In this document: in pieces, positions 34,984-48,440 of the stretch
Numbering within the stretch: the stretch's first letter is position 1
How the letters are laid out: the number at the start of each line of letters is the position of its first letter
Source: Lama guanicoe
Lineage: Eukaryota
Length of the DNA: 64,000 nt
NCBI GenBank assembly: GCA_013239625.1
Contig: MU053557.1
Span: forward strand, 2,200,123 to 2,264,122
Direction: 5' to 3'
Notes under the pieces: model-generated
The model's input: only the letters and a program-made list of their open reading frames with translations
Databases searched by the model: none
What the model was told of the DNA's origin: nothing
Position numbers and translations under genes: made by a program

Positions 34984-37900
34984 AATTTTACAGTTATTAT
35001 TGTCCATAAATTTCAACCTCTCTGAAATCAAGCCTATTACCTTCTCCGTAAGTCTTTACTACCTCCACAGTCCTTGTCTTTCTTTGTTAATGGAACTAAC
35101 ACCCACCTAACTACCTAGAATTGAAACCTTGACATAAATGACTCATTGCTTTGCTTTTTTCTATCTAGTTAATCAAAAATCCTTCCCCCTTTTCTTTGAA
35201 GTATCTCTTTCTCTCTGTTCCTACTATGACTGCATCTACACTTGAATCACTTCACATTTTGAATTATTGCTACAATCTTCCTGATTCCATTACATTTCAC
35301 TCCCCTCCACCCCCGCCCCGAGTCACACCACATAACTGCTGCTAAGCTAGCTTTCCTGAGAAAACCCGCGATGACGGTTCCTCATGAGAACTCTTCAGTA
35401 GCCAGTGTTTCCTCCTAAACCATAGATGAACCCCTTTGTATGGCTTCTAACTCTCTCTATAGTCTATTCCTCACTTCTTGGTAATCTTTTTTCACTGCAT
35501 CTCCATGGGCGTTTTCTCTGGTCAGGCCAGTTATACCCTGTCTGTGCCCCTGTCATGATTCAGCTTTCTTTTCCTGTATTCATTTCTAGTAATATGCTCT
35601 CTCTGCTATTTTGCAAGGCCCAAATCTTCTAAATATATGGAGAACATTATTGGTCTGTTCTGAACTCCTACAATACCAAAAAGCTTTTATTACATGGTGG
35701 CATATAGCTATACATAGGCATACTATTGGATTTCTTTTCATGTATATAAATCTTATGTTCAGCTGTGCTGCTTCAGAACAGAAACCAAATCTGATACTAA
35801 AGTAATTGTCCATCCTGTTCCACTTTTTGTATCTCACAGTCCTCTAATTACTATAGTGTCTTGTTACAATGCATATTTGTTTTATTGCTTCTCTCATTTT
35901 TTTTAATTATGGGGAATTTCAAACATATATAAAAATAAAGAAGGTAGATAGTATAACAAACTCCCATGTTCCCATCATCCACCTTTAACATTTGCCAATC
36001 TTGTTTCATCTATTCCCCACTGAGTCAGCTCTTAACATTATTTCTTAATAAATATGATAAATGGACTTATAAATATGAAAAATGGGTTATTTATCTGAGA
36101 ATCTTGCAGATGACACATGTTCATATTGTTAAATTTAGCATCATGACTCACGGTAAAAGTTTCATTTTGTTTTTAATCTATTAAAAGATCTGGTAATTAC
36201 CATTTACTTTAATGTTGTTAAATTTAACATTGTGACTCAGTAAAAAGTCCATTTTGATTTTGATTTAAAAAACCTGAGTTATTTATTTCATGACTTGGCT
36301 TAATATTCATTAATTCAGCGGTTATTTTTTCAATGACTACCATGTGCCAGCCATTGTACTCCCCACTAGGGAGCCAAGACAAACAAGTTGTCTGACTTTG
36401 TGTAACTTGAAGATGATTTTTCTATTAGTTTTTAAAGCCAGACTATTTTAGGAATATTATTAAAGGCCATTTAGAAAGAAAGTTTCAAACTTCTGTCTTT
36501 CAGAGGTTGGTAACGTTTCTAAGAATATTTGGGGGACAATTACAGTTTTCAACTTCTTATTTTGCCACATTAAGGACTGTATATGAAGACATCTAATATT
36601 TCAGTTTTAAAGATAACATTTTTATACCAAAGTAAGACAGTAGCAGAATAAAGGACAATCCTTTTAAATTTGGCTTTATGAAATATTAGTTACATTTTTT
36701 TCCCCATTTTGTCTGAGACCAGTAAAAGGCAATAACTTCCTTTTGGCACTGTGAATTACTGCTTTAGGATAACCTTACATGCTGTGTCAGTGTTTATAAA
36801 AAGGTTTAGTTGGTTGGCGACTTGAGTATTTTAAAAGTTACAGAATATTCAATATTGGACAGTTTAAAACTCTGCTATGCAAACTACTTTCTTCCTTAAA
36901 AGTTAGAATTTAATTCTAAAATTTAAAGAGAAATTTAAAAACCTAAGATAGAGTTCCTGATAATCTAAACATTAAAAAAATTTTTGTTGTAGTGTAATTT
37001 GTTATAAATTTTTTATATCTTTCTATTCAGTTGACTTAAAAATAGTTTGTTTTTTTATTGCCTTTAAGACAGATAAGTTGAATTTATCAGATTGTTCAAG
37101 TTTACTTTTTAAGTGCTGTAATTGATAATTTCAAAAAAATTAAAACTTGTTTCAGTTCAAAAAATTAAAAAAGTGATACGTATGTTTTCAACATAATAAG
37201 AGAACTTGGGCTATCCTTGGAAAATTTAACAAAGTTGGGAAACTTTAAATTTCAGGGTTTTTGTCATTAAAATGATTATTAAAATTCACAGGATAGAAAA
37301 TGTAAGTAGAGAACAGCATATCAAATAGTATTTAGTTGTGAAAATTATGTCATTAGAGACTCAAACATAGAAAAATGAAATCGATTTCTGGTGGTAAGAA
37401 TAGGACTCTGCTCAGTGTTGGGTACTGGGAATATACAGATGTATAAGAAATGATTTTTTTCCCCCAAGAGACTAAAAATCTCATAGTGGGAAAGCAATAT
37501 TTTAAAAAATCCTAAAAAAACCAAACAATGTATTTTGCTTTTAAAACTAAATGAATAGAATACCTCAGAAACACAAGTAACAAAGGAACTAATTCTGCCC
37601 AAAATGAAACCTTCATCCAGTCTGTAATTATTACTTGCTTTGGAAGAGGACAATTGAATGTTAAAAGAAGAAAAAGAATTATCCCATTGTAAAACTGAGT
37701 AGGATGTATGTGGCTCCCGGTAATACTATTTGAAAGTTAATGTCAAATGGCTACAACTTAGAAAAAACTCTGAAAATTTAATTTTGTTGAGTTAAAATGT
37801 CACATACTCTGAAAAGGACATAAATAATAAAATGTAGTTTGAATTGTACAGAAAGACACCTATTAAAACCATTTCCTTGGAAGTACTTAAACATTTTACC

Positions 37901-39039
37901 CAAATTTGAAGTCACTAATTCAGTATATGGTTTTGAGTTTGGGATTTGGGGTGTGGATTTTGTTTTTTAGGTTTTGTTTGTTTGTTTGTTTGTTTTTTTT
38001 AGTTTTCACAGGACAGAATCATTTTTAAGTATACTCCATTTTCTGCCTTAAATTTGGTCTGTTTCTTACGCTGCTTTGAAGAAGTTATAATAGAAATATT
38101 TTACAACTGCTAAGCTCATTGTACTGGGTATGTGAAAAAGTAATAGTGAAATACAACATTCTAGATTCTAGAAGACTGATTCTTGGGTTGAAGGCAGTTG
38201 TCAATCTTAAAATGAATTTACATAAATTCTCTTTCAGGAAACGCATTTCCTATTACTGCTATGTAACATTGTTAAAACACTGTATTCTTAAACTTGAGAT
38301 TCCTCATTTAATTCTGTGGACTGCATATAACATTTTCTTTTGTGCACAGTCATGGATTTTGATGTCTAGAAAAGTCAGTCTCCGATAGAGTCATTGTATA
38401 TTGTCTAGAGTTTTTCTCCCCTCGTGTGTTACTTGGATTTGTTTTGCATTAGTTGTCATATTGCCCATTTTAAATAATGCCTGATGAATATCAAATAAAG
38501 ATATTCATCCAAAAAAATACTTAATTGTCATTGGTATACTTTTAGTAAATAAACTTTAATCCCTTCCTTAAGTATTGAGTTCCTACTATGTGCCAGACAC
38601 TGTTTAGGCCCTGGAATTTCAGAAGATGTGCCAGGGACCTTGGGTTCTAATAGGGAAGACACATGATAAATATGGTCAATAATTGAAAGGTATAGCTTTT
38701 TATTTTTTTCTAATTGAGCTTTTAGTTTAAAACTCATCTTATGTTTTTTTTTTCTTTTTCTTGTTAATACTATTAAAGACAAAAAATCAGGAAAAATACA
38801 AAGAGTAGCTAAAATTTTAGTTTGATGACTATCCTCAACTGATTAGAGTTAACATTAAGAATGTGAAAATGTTGCTATCAGGCATGTAAGATACATGAAT
38901 GACTTAAGATAGGTGTGTGAACTTGGGTTGTTTGCAGTTCGAAATTACTCAGTCACTCTACACTGATAAAAACTAAATTGAGTGAATTTAAATTGTGGCT
39001 GGCTTATCTTCACCGTTATTGTAACCAATTTGGTTTTTA

Positions 39040-40400
39040 AAAACTTTATTATGGCAAATTTCAAGTGTACACAAGAGGAGCTTTGAATACTGTAGTAATC
39101 TTCATTACTCATTTACTAGCTTCAACATTTATCAACATATGATTAGTCTTGCTTCGTCTGTAACTCACCTCTGACTTTATTGTTTTAGAACAAGTCCCAA
39201 ACATAAACATTTCATCTGTAAAATCTTTATTATGTATCTCTAAGAGATAAGGTTTAAACACACATGCACACAATTGCTATACTTTATCACAGTCCCAGAA
39301 TATTTATAACAGTTTATTACTATTGTCACATACCCAGTCAGTGTTCATAATTCCCAGTTATATTATAGGTGTTCCTTTATAGCCAGTTCCTTTGAAGCTA
39401 GATGCAAACAAAGTTTCACATTACATTTAGTTGGTATGTTCCATAAGTTTTCAAATTGGTAACCATTTCTCTTACCTCTTTTTTTTTTTCCCCCTCCTTG
39501 ACATTTATTTGGTGAAGAAGCAGATTGTTTGTCCTAAAGAATTTTTCCACATTCTGGACTTGGCGCATTGCATCTCTTGGTGTCATTTAACACATTCCTC
39601 TGTCCCTTGTATCTCCTGTAAGTTGGAGGTTTAGATCTAGATACTTAATTAGGCTCACATGTTTTCCCCTTATTTTGAATGAATATTTTATCGATGGGAT
39701 TATGTATTTCCTACTGCAGTATATCATGATGTACATGGTATCAATTTCTCTCCTTTCTGTGTTACAAACATTGACCAGTATGTACAGGTGTTTTCGTCCT
39801 GATCCATCCATTTAAGAAGTTGCTGGTGGTCATTTGTGATCCCTGCCTGGATCTCTTGTTTCATTTGAGCTTACTGAAGTATGGTATTCTAATTCTATGA
39901 TTTCTTCTTTGTTTATTGGCTGTCGTTCTAGACAGTACAACTTGGCAGTGTTAACCATTTGGTTAACCTGAAACGCACTTTTTATAGGAAAGACAGGATA
40001 AGTGCTTTATGTCCTTTAATTTATCAGTTTTCAGAAAATGGGTTGGTTTTCTAGTATCTTGCAAAGGGGGACTACTGAATTTTTTTAAAGTATCATTATG
40101 AACTTGTGGATTTTTAATGTTTGGTTTGTTTCATCCCATTGTGGCCCTTTTTGAAGTTCAAATTGTCTCATCTTTGACCATTGGGAACCTCTTCATGTTG
40201 GTTTCTGCAGGTGGTTTTATTTTGTTTTTGACATGCTAGTGTTTGATAGTTGTCTTGCTTTTGGAAGGACAAGGTGTACCAAGGTGTACCAGGCTCATCT
40301 TACAAATTTTCTGCCCAGACTTGTAATCAGCTTTTTATCTAAGGAACCATTTTTGATACAGTATTTAGAGACCTGAATAGGTGTTGTTGAAGAAAATTAG
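39040..40400 (-). mobile_element. Old L1 (L1MC/L1MD-like) fragment
   Basis: tttattatggcaaatttcaag...ataggaaagacaggataagtgctt...ccaggctcatctt. Confidence 0.6.
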
Positions 40401-41868
40401 GCTTCATTTGAATAAACAGCCATCTTTCTGAAGTGTCTGAAACCATGTTCTTCGTCATTCGTTTTAAAAAAACATTGTATAAACCAGCCTTTTAGTTTCT
40501 AATTTTTTTGAGACAATTAAATACATGTGGTACATTGAGTGCTGTATCATAAATTTAAACCAATCATACATGAACTGAGATTGTACTTCACATTTTTCTG
40601 TTTAGAACACTACTTCATTTTGCAAGAAATTTTCTGCAGTAGCTCATGTTTACAACTCTTTCCAGATCTTTGAGGATAAGTTAAATTGTTTATGTAAATT
40701 TTGAAAGGATTGGTGCTAAGCATATGGTCTCCTTAATCAGTAAGATTTGCCACCTCCTTTTCTGCTCCTTATATAGGAAGAGAAGGGTAATAAGGTTTAG
40801 CACATCTATTTCTTCTCTCCATTTACTGTGAAATCAAGTGGTTGCTTTGTGACTTGTCTTATTAAGGTGTATTAGAAGTCTTCTGGAATGTTACAACTTT
40901 ATAAAGACATTTAATCAGGTGTAAAAAAATTAAATTTTGTCTTGTGCCATGTAGTGAAGTGTCTGACTTTAGATATAAAATATTGAGTAAATCTTTAAAA
41001 TAGGTCTCATATGAGGTAGTCAGTGAAAAAGGTATTATTAAATAGCCAACCAGAGGATGGTTTTGCTCCTTGATACCTTGTCTTTTAAAATCTTTTTCTA
41101 TGAAACATGGCCTCATTGTTTCTGACATTTTTATATAAATGTATATAGACTCCAAATGTGCTTTCTTTCCAGAAGTGGTTCTTAGTATCTGAGGTAATTT
41201 CATAAGGACAGTGACTGGTCTCCTTATCTGTTTTTGTCCTTTTTTTCTTTTTCTGTGTTATCCACCTGCTGAGAGGGTAACAAATTTTTGCTGTCTTGTT
41301 TACTTTTTTTCTTTTGAACATGTCTTATTCTCTGTGAAGATGTGCTTGTGGTGGTTTTTGGTTTTTTTTTTTTTAAGTTCCTGTATTGTTCTTTTTTCCA
41401 CTCCCAGATATAGAAGTATATTTTGTGCATACCTGAAATATATGAGTTCAGGGAGGAGTATTTTTATTTATTTTTCAAATGGGTGTGACAGCCTTCATAA
41501 CCACATGTCTCATTGGATACAAAAGTCTGCGTGAATGATAGCTCAGTGCTCCTTTGTCTAATAATTTGATATGGTTGATTGTTCAGTTTTGAGTAAAATC
41601 AGCACATAGTTATTCCACTTAAGAGTATTACAAAATGGAGATTATACAATCATACTGCTTAGTTCTTACTCTCTCTTTATACCTCAGTGCATCTTAACCA
41701 GTTGCATGTCTGTTTCTTGAGTTAAAAAGAATCTTAGTAACATCTTTCTCGAGTATGTTCTCATTGGTGTACCTTCCTTGTTCTTGGTTCAAGTCTCAGG
41801 AAGTAGGTCATTACTTAAGAGAAGCTTGTGACTCAGTCCCAGCTGCCCTCCTATTCTTTCCTCTGTAG

Positions 41869-42033
41869 GACAGCCCATGTACTCTCGTGAACATGGTGCT
41901 GCTGCATCTGAGCGACTTCAGCTGGGGACACCGCCTCCTCTGTTGGCAGCTCGTTTGGTGCCACCTCGAAACCTCATGGGATCCTCCATTGGGTACCATA
42001 CCTCAGTCTCCAGCCCCACCCCTCTGGTCCCAG
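41869..42033 (+). CDS. RBM27: RBM27 exon 9 (165 nt, symmetric, probable cassette exon)
   Basis: ctctgtag|GA; RQPMYSREHGAAASERLQLGTPPPLLAARLVPPRNLMGSSIGYHTSVSSPTPLVP; G|gtaagc. Confidence 0.93.
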
Positions 42034-43642
42034 GTAAGCTTTGCTACAGATGGCCATCCAGGTCTCTGATCTTTTGTGTCATAAACTGGCCAGCCTAAGA
42101 AGTGACCTGGTATCCTGATCTGCTATCACAAAGTCCCACTGAAGCTCCTAGGCAGTTTATTTTCTGTTCCTCTGCTTCTTTGGTTTGTCCCTAGTGGCTC
42201 CTAGATGATTAGGCCTCCTGTGTGTCTGTCATCTCAGGTGTCCTTTGTATTTACTTGCAGTGCCTCGGTAACTAAAGTGACACTAATTCCTTGAACTAGT
42301 TTCTAATCCAGTAGATAGGATGAGGATGTCTACCTGAGTGTTTCTAATCAGTTATATGTCACAAGAAAAACTAGGTTAATTTTTCTTTAAAACAAGTTGA
42401 AGCATCTGGTCTCTTGCTGATCATGGATGAACATGTCTTTTTTTTCCCTCTGCCCCTTGTTTATGGTGTATAATGTGATTTCTTCAAAACTCTTTCCTCC
42501 TATTGGCATGTATGATTTGAAGATCTATGGAGTACTTTGAGGGTGTCTCATGAGGTTTTTAACATTTCTCAGTTTGCCTTCAGATCTCAGGTCAATTAAC
42601 TAAAAGACTTTCAAGTTTCTTAGGGTTCTGTGTATTCCCAGGAATTACAAGAACAAGGCCGTTTGATTATGTAATTTCTTTAAAACTTTCTGTAGCCTTA
42701 ACTGTAGGAAATAGTCTGTCAAGAGTGCCAAGTGGTAACTGAAAACTTTTTAATCATAATTTGCTGATATTACACTCTGAATTATAGAATTGATTGGCTA
42801 CTTTTAAAGATCTAAATGTACCTTATCTTGTAGTTGAAACTTAATATGAACAACAAAGGAATTTTTCCATTAAGAAAAAAAAGAGATGCAAGGATTTATA
42901 AATCAGAGTTGTGAGAATCAGTGTCTTCACTCAATCTTAACCCTTCTTTCATTCTAATGTAGGATGAAGGTATTTTGGAGATCAACACATTCAGAATTTT
43001 TTTTAATGCTAACAAGATATTTATTTAGCATTAGAATTTTAAAAATTAAGGTTTCAGTTGTAGAGGAAACACAGAGAACATAATAAAAGTGGAATTGATG
43101 AGGCAGGTGGTACTAAGATAATGATTATATTTATAAATATAAAATTTTTCTTATTTAGCTGTTTGTAATAAAACATTTGAAATAGGTTTTGTATATGAAA
43201 TGAGCTATTACCTCTCCAGTTTGAAGTGTAGATTAATTTTCCCCCCAATTAAAAGAGTACTCAGAAATTGGTGAGACATAATAACAGAGGAAACTCAACC
43301 AGTCATTTATATATGGTATTTGTTTATGTGAAGATCCCCTTTAAAAATGTGCATTGAAGTTTAAATTACGTAATTAATATAGAGGACAAAGGTGACTAGG
43401 TAACCAAATCTAGAAATATATCAGTAATTCAGAATGAATTTACGTATCTATATTTTGTGACAGGAACATTTTTGTTTCTTTCATTTCTAGTAGATTTATC
43501 GGTATATTGTAATTCAAAAAGAAATACATATGGGTTGATATAATTATATTTGTTGAAGAAATTCATTTTTTGTGGGTAGTTTATGATAAGCTATTGAACT
43601 ACTCTGATTTATTACATGATTTGTTGTTTTGTTTTCCCTCAG

Positions 43643-43792
43643 ATACCTATGAACCAGATGGTTATAATCCAGAAGCTCCTAGTATTACCAGTTCTGGAAG
43701 ATCTCAGTATAGACAGTTTTTTTCAAGAACACAGACACAGCGTCCAAACCTGATTGGCCTAACATCTGGAGATATGGATGCAAATCCAAGAG
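43643..43792 (+). CDS. RBM27: RBM27 exon 10 (150 nt)
   Basis: ccctcag|AT; DTYEPDGYNPEAPSITSSGRSQYRQFFSRTQTQRPNLIGLTSGDMDANPR; G|gtgaga. Confidence 0.96.
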
Positions 43793-44549
43793 GTGAGAAT
43801 GCCTTGAGCTTTTTCCCATGCTAAATGTCATACTAGAGTTAGGTACAGCATTTCTGACCTCGCTAAGGTCTGGGAATACTTAACAACACTGTCTCCTGAA
43901 AGAGTGCTATATAATGACCTTGAATAAATGTTTTTGAATAACTCTCCAAATTGTGGTTTAAAGCTGTAATTAGAATATATTCATTTTTAAATAAAATAAT
44001 ACTCATGTTATTTAATTGTTCTTTTTGTAGGACTTTAGGCCATTTTGGGTACTGCTATATATCAGATATAGAAAGATGAAATGACATGGTCCTTTGACCT
44101 CAAAGAACTGATTTAAGGGCCTACTTTGTATTATAAGAGCCGTGTGTCACACTGATAACATTGAGAACCTAAAACATTAATAAAATTATCCTTTGACCAT
44201 CTTTAGTATTTATGATTATAACCGTATTTTAGGACCCTTACAAAGCACAGCCACAAATCTTTGGATTAAATAGAAGCATTACCTTTAATATGGGTTGATA
44301 CCCTCCTTTCCCCTCCCCTCAAAAAAAAGTTTGGTTAAAGAATTTGATGAGATTCCAGTTTCTTACTTATTATTATAGTTAGATTTTCAGGATTTAATGT
44401 CAGTTTGAATGACTGGCCATATGCCATCCTGATGATATTTTCCTGATTTACTTATATGGGAGACATTTTCCTGTTCTTACCTTCTTTCCTATCCTTATTT
44501 TATTAACTGTTCTGTACTGCCATTAATAACACTTACTGCTACTACAGAT

Positions 44550-44790
44550 TAACAGTTTTGTGTCAAGACTAATCCAAATGCTTTTTTATATATTATTCTC
44601 TCTCATACTCCTTACCAACAACTCCTTAAATGAGTTGTTTTATTCTCTTTTTACAGATAAAGACACTGAGATATAGAGAGGTTAAGGAACTTGCCCATTA
44701 CTAATTTTATTCTGTTGTGTACATGACAGAGTTAGAATTAGAACCCAGGTTTAATTCCAAAGAATATGCTGTTACCTACTATGCTGTAGT
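44550..44790 (-). mobile_element. MIR SINE
   Basis: ttttacagataaagacactgagatatagagaggttaaggaacttgccca...gaattagaacccagg. Confidence 0.75.
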
Positions 44791-46291
44791 GCATATATTG
44801 TTACCAAATTACCCGATATTAGTGGGAAGATCATATTCTCAGAACTTGAAGTCTTTCCCTTTTCTGTCTGTACACTCATATACAGTAATCCATAGATAAG
44901 CTCTCTTGGTGTAGAAGGCATGTACTTTTTATACAACAGGCTTGCTTTGTCACCTTGGGCAAGTCACTTAACCTCTAGCTATATTTCTTTTTAAAAAGTC
45001 ACTTCAGTAAAGAAAAGCATTAGGTGATGTCAGGTGGTAATGATAACTGTTATAGGGAAGACATAATGGCAACTCACATTCTAGAATGCTTTATGACATC
45101 ACAATTGCTGTCCCCTCCATTAGCCTTCTGAAAACACAAGCCCTACAAGGGCGAGGATCTATTTTTTTCACTAATTTGTTCTCAAGATGTAGTACAGTTG
45201 TTGGGCTATAGCACCTGCTCAACAAATCCATGTCGAATGAATCTGTGTCATAATTTCCCTGTCAAGGGGATGAAATGGAGCATAATTCCTTCCACCCCCA
45301 TCCTCATTCCAACTTCCAGTTCTACCTTGGTTATCCTTTACTTTTGGTGAAATTGCTAAAGTTAGGAAGAATACTCCGGAACATAACATGCATAGGTTTG
45401 TGCTGGTATTCACTTTTTTGTTCAGCACACCTCTTTCCACCAAGAGGTAACCTGTTGTAAGGTCAGATTCTACAATATTTTAGTCTTAACTATTGCAAAT
45501 GGAATGTGCTAATGTATAATATTGGCTTTGAATTTTCCTCTCAACATTTAAGTTTGAAAATGCTTAAACCTTCAGAAAACCCAAAAGTATAATAAACACC
45601 TGAATAGATTCACCAGTTGTTAACATTTTGAGCTTTGGGCATGGATGTTCACCTGTGTGCATGCACTCTCTTCTCTCTCTCCCTTCCTCCCCTCTACCTT
45701 TGTATTCTTTTTCTTGAATCACTTGAAAGTAAATTGTAAAGGTTGTGATAGTTTAGATCCTTTAGTTTACAGCTAAGAACAAGACATAGTGCTATGTAAG
45801 CGCAATATCATTGCCACACATAAGAAGATCATAATTCCGTAGTAACATTCTATCCATATGAACTTCTTGTTGAATCACATCATGAGACAAGTAATATCAC
45901 TGTTTATGGTCTAGTGAATTTGATCACTTACCTAAAGCGATAATTGTTAGAGTTTTCTATTGTAAAGTAAAAAATATGTAGAGTGGTACTTTGGCATCAG
46001 ATGAATATCATTCTCCAACATTTTTTCACTGATTTTTTTTCCATTGATGATCCTTGCCTGAATCAATCATTACCATTAGGGTTGCCTAGGACTTTTTAAA
46101 CTTGGATGTTGTATTAAGGAGAAAAAGGAGGCAATTGGTAACTTACTCGTGCTGTTAAATGTTTCTGAAAAGGAAATGGTAGTAGTTGGATCACACTGAC
46201 TGCTTTTTAGCTTTTGGACTAAATATTTTAATCATTTGAAATTTCCCCAATATAATGCATTGTTAGTAATGTTAATTTTTGTTTTTAACAG

Positions 46292-46436
46292 CTGCTAACA
46301 TTGTCATCCAGACTGAACCACCAGTTCCTGTTTCAATTAATAGCAACATAACCAGAGTAGTTCTTGAACCAGATAGCCGGAAGAGAGCTATGAGTGGTTT
46401 GGAAGGGCCACTCACAAAGAAACCTTGGCTGGGAAA
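46292..46436 (+). CDS. RBM27: RBM27 exon 11 (145 nt)
   Basis: ttaacag|CT; AANIVIQTEPPVPVSINSNITRVVLEPDSRKRAMSGLEGPLTKKPWLG; AA|gtaaga. Confidence 0.95.
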
Positions 46437-46898
46437 GTAAGATGATTTGCTAATTAGAAATATCTAGTTGATGTTTTTGTTATTTTTGTTTGCATTAGTT
46501 AATTTGTAAAGCTAAGAGTTGTCATTGTTCAGTGATTTTCAAAAAACTGTGTGTCTCGAAGTTAGGGTTCCCAGAGGCATTGTTAGAATGTCTTAAAAAT
46601 TGAAGTTAACAGAATATTTATAATAGGTATTAGTAATTTGTTCTACTTATTGCTAAGTCTAACCCAGTGTTAAGTATTACTGAAGCATCAGTCTTCTGTC
46701 TTTCTCTGTACCTCTTCTGTTTCTGTGTAAAAAGGAAGATGTGAAAATTACCTGGTAATTTCTGAATAATTAGGTGCTCACAAGTTAAGTGCTTATAAAG
46801 GATACTTCAGTAAATAAAAACTTAGATTCTTTGCTGATGATCTTTTGCATAGGCATAATGTAGGCAAATTAACCAAGATCTGTTAATATTTCTTTCAG

Positions 46899-47052
46899 GC
46901 AAGGGAATAACAATCAGAGTAAACCAGGATTCTTAAGAAAGAATCAGTATACCAACACCAAATTAGAAGTCAAGAAAATCCCTCAGGAGTTGAACAACAT
47001 TACCAAGCTCAATGAACACTTCAGCAAATTTGGAACTATTGTTAATATCCAG
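46899..47052 (+). CDS. RBM27: RBM27 exon 12 (154 nt), RRM1 N-terminal half
   Basis: ctttcag|G; QGNNNQSKPGFLRKNQYTNTKLEVKKIPQELNNITKLNEHFSKFGTIVNIQ; CAG|gtaggt. Confidence 0.96.
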
Positions 47053-47308
47053 GTAGGTGTGGCTATGTTGGTGACATAATCCATGTATTTTATGTATCTT
47101 TAAAAATATTCCTATCAGCTCATCTTGCTTAAACAAGCCAGTGATTAGTCTGATCATCTGCGCTACATGTTTTAAACTCCACTGTGTATCTGTATACCTA
47201 ACTGTATGATGTTTGTCCTTTGAATTCATCTGATTCTCTTCTGAAACCTCTTGAAAGACAATGGGCTAGTTACTGTGTTTTTGTTCATAGTTATATCTCT
47301 GGACAGAT

Positions 47309-47311
<3 letters not shown>

Positions 47312-47359
<48 letters not shown>
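47312..47359. repeat. Pure T48 homopolymer in intron 12
   Basis: 48 consecutive T counted. Confidence 0.95.
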
Positions 47360-47362
<3 letters not shown>

Positions 47363-48093
47363 CATTCTAACTTGGTAGGTGAGAGTTTTGGTAATTTCTA
47401 AGATTGTGATTTTGTGTAGTGACTGAATTTTGTATTGTGAAGTATTAACTGGTTAAGGATGGTTCTAATCTTGAGACTTTTAGACACTGTAACGTAATCT
47501 AACATCACATAAATTGTAGCATTTGTATCTTGTGTGCTTGTTAGATATTTGGATTTGTAAGTTTGTGGTTGGATGTTAGGCTGTAGTTGAGGGTATTTGA
47601 AGGTCTGTTTAAGTTGGGATTTCAGACAGTTAAACCTGATGCTTAGGGTTGCCATCAAACCAAAATATAATTTACTTAATCTGAGTTTTAGGAAGGTAAT
47701 ATTGGGGGACTTGGTATTTCAAAGAATTGAACCAGAGTATTCTTTTTGAGAGAGTTTTTAAAGTCACTTTTCTTCCTGAGTGCAGAAGTAGTACATGTTT
47801 AATTTTACAGGTAATTAGAAATACGTTAAATAAATGTGAAAAAACCAAATCACCCAAATCTCATACTTAGCAAAGACAATTAATAATCTTTTGATGAAAA
47901 GACAATACTGTATTTATTTATTTGGAGGAGCACACATGTTCTCTTCTTATCTCTTCTTAAAAATGCTTCACACGCTCAAAAATACAAAAAGTGTGGTCAT
48001 ATCAGATATCTCTAACTACATTTTTTTCTCTTAAATTTTTCCTAGGTCATTATTCTTTATGGCACTTAGAAGAGTTAGGTAGCTTAATGCAGC

Positions 48094-48440
48094 TGAGTAT
48101 ATTCGTCTGCTTGGGTTGCCATAACAAATATCACACAGCCTGAGAGGCTTAAAAACAAAAATTTATTTGCAGGGAAATCCAAGATGAAAATACTAGCCAG
48201 TTTGTTTCCTGGTGAGGACTCTTTTCTTGCTGGGTGCTCACATGGTGGAAGGGGAGGGATAGGAAAAGACAGAGAGAGAGATTTCTTCCTATAAGGTCCC
48301 CAGTCCTATCTGATTAGGGCTCCAGCCCTAAGGCCTCACTTAACCTTAATTACCTCTTAAAAGCCCTGTCTCCAAATAGTCACATTGTGGATTAGGGCTT
48401 CAACATATGAGTTTGGGGGGGATATAATTCAGTCCATAGT
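48094..48440 (-). mobile_element. MaLR solo LTR (MLT1A/B-like)
   Basis: gggttgccataacaaatatcac...tctccaaatagtcacatt...ttagggcttcaacatatga...attcagtccata. Confidence 0.85.
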
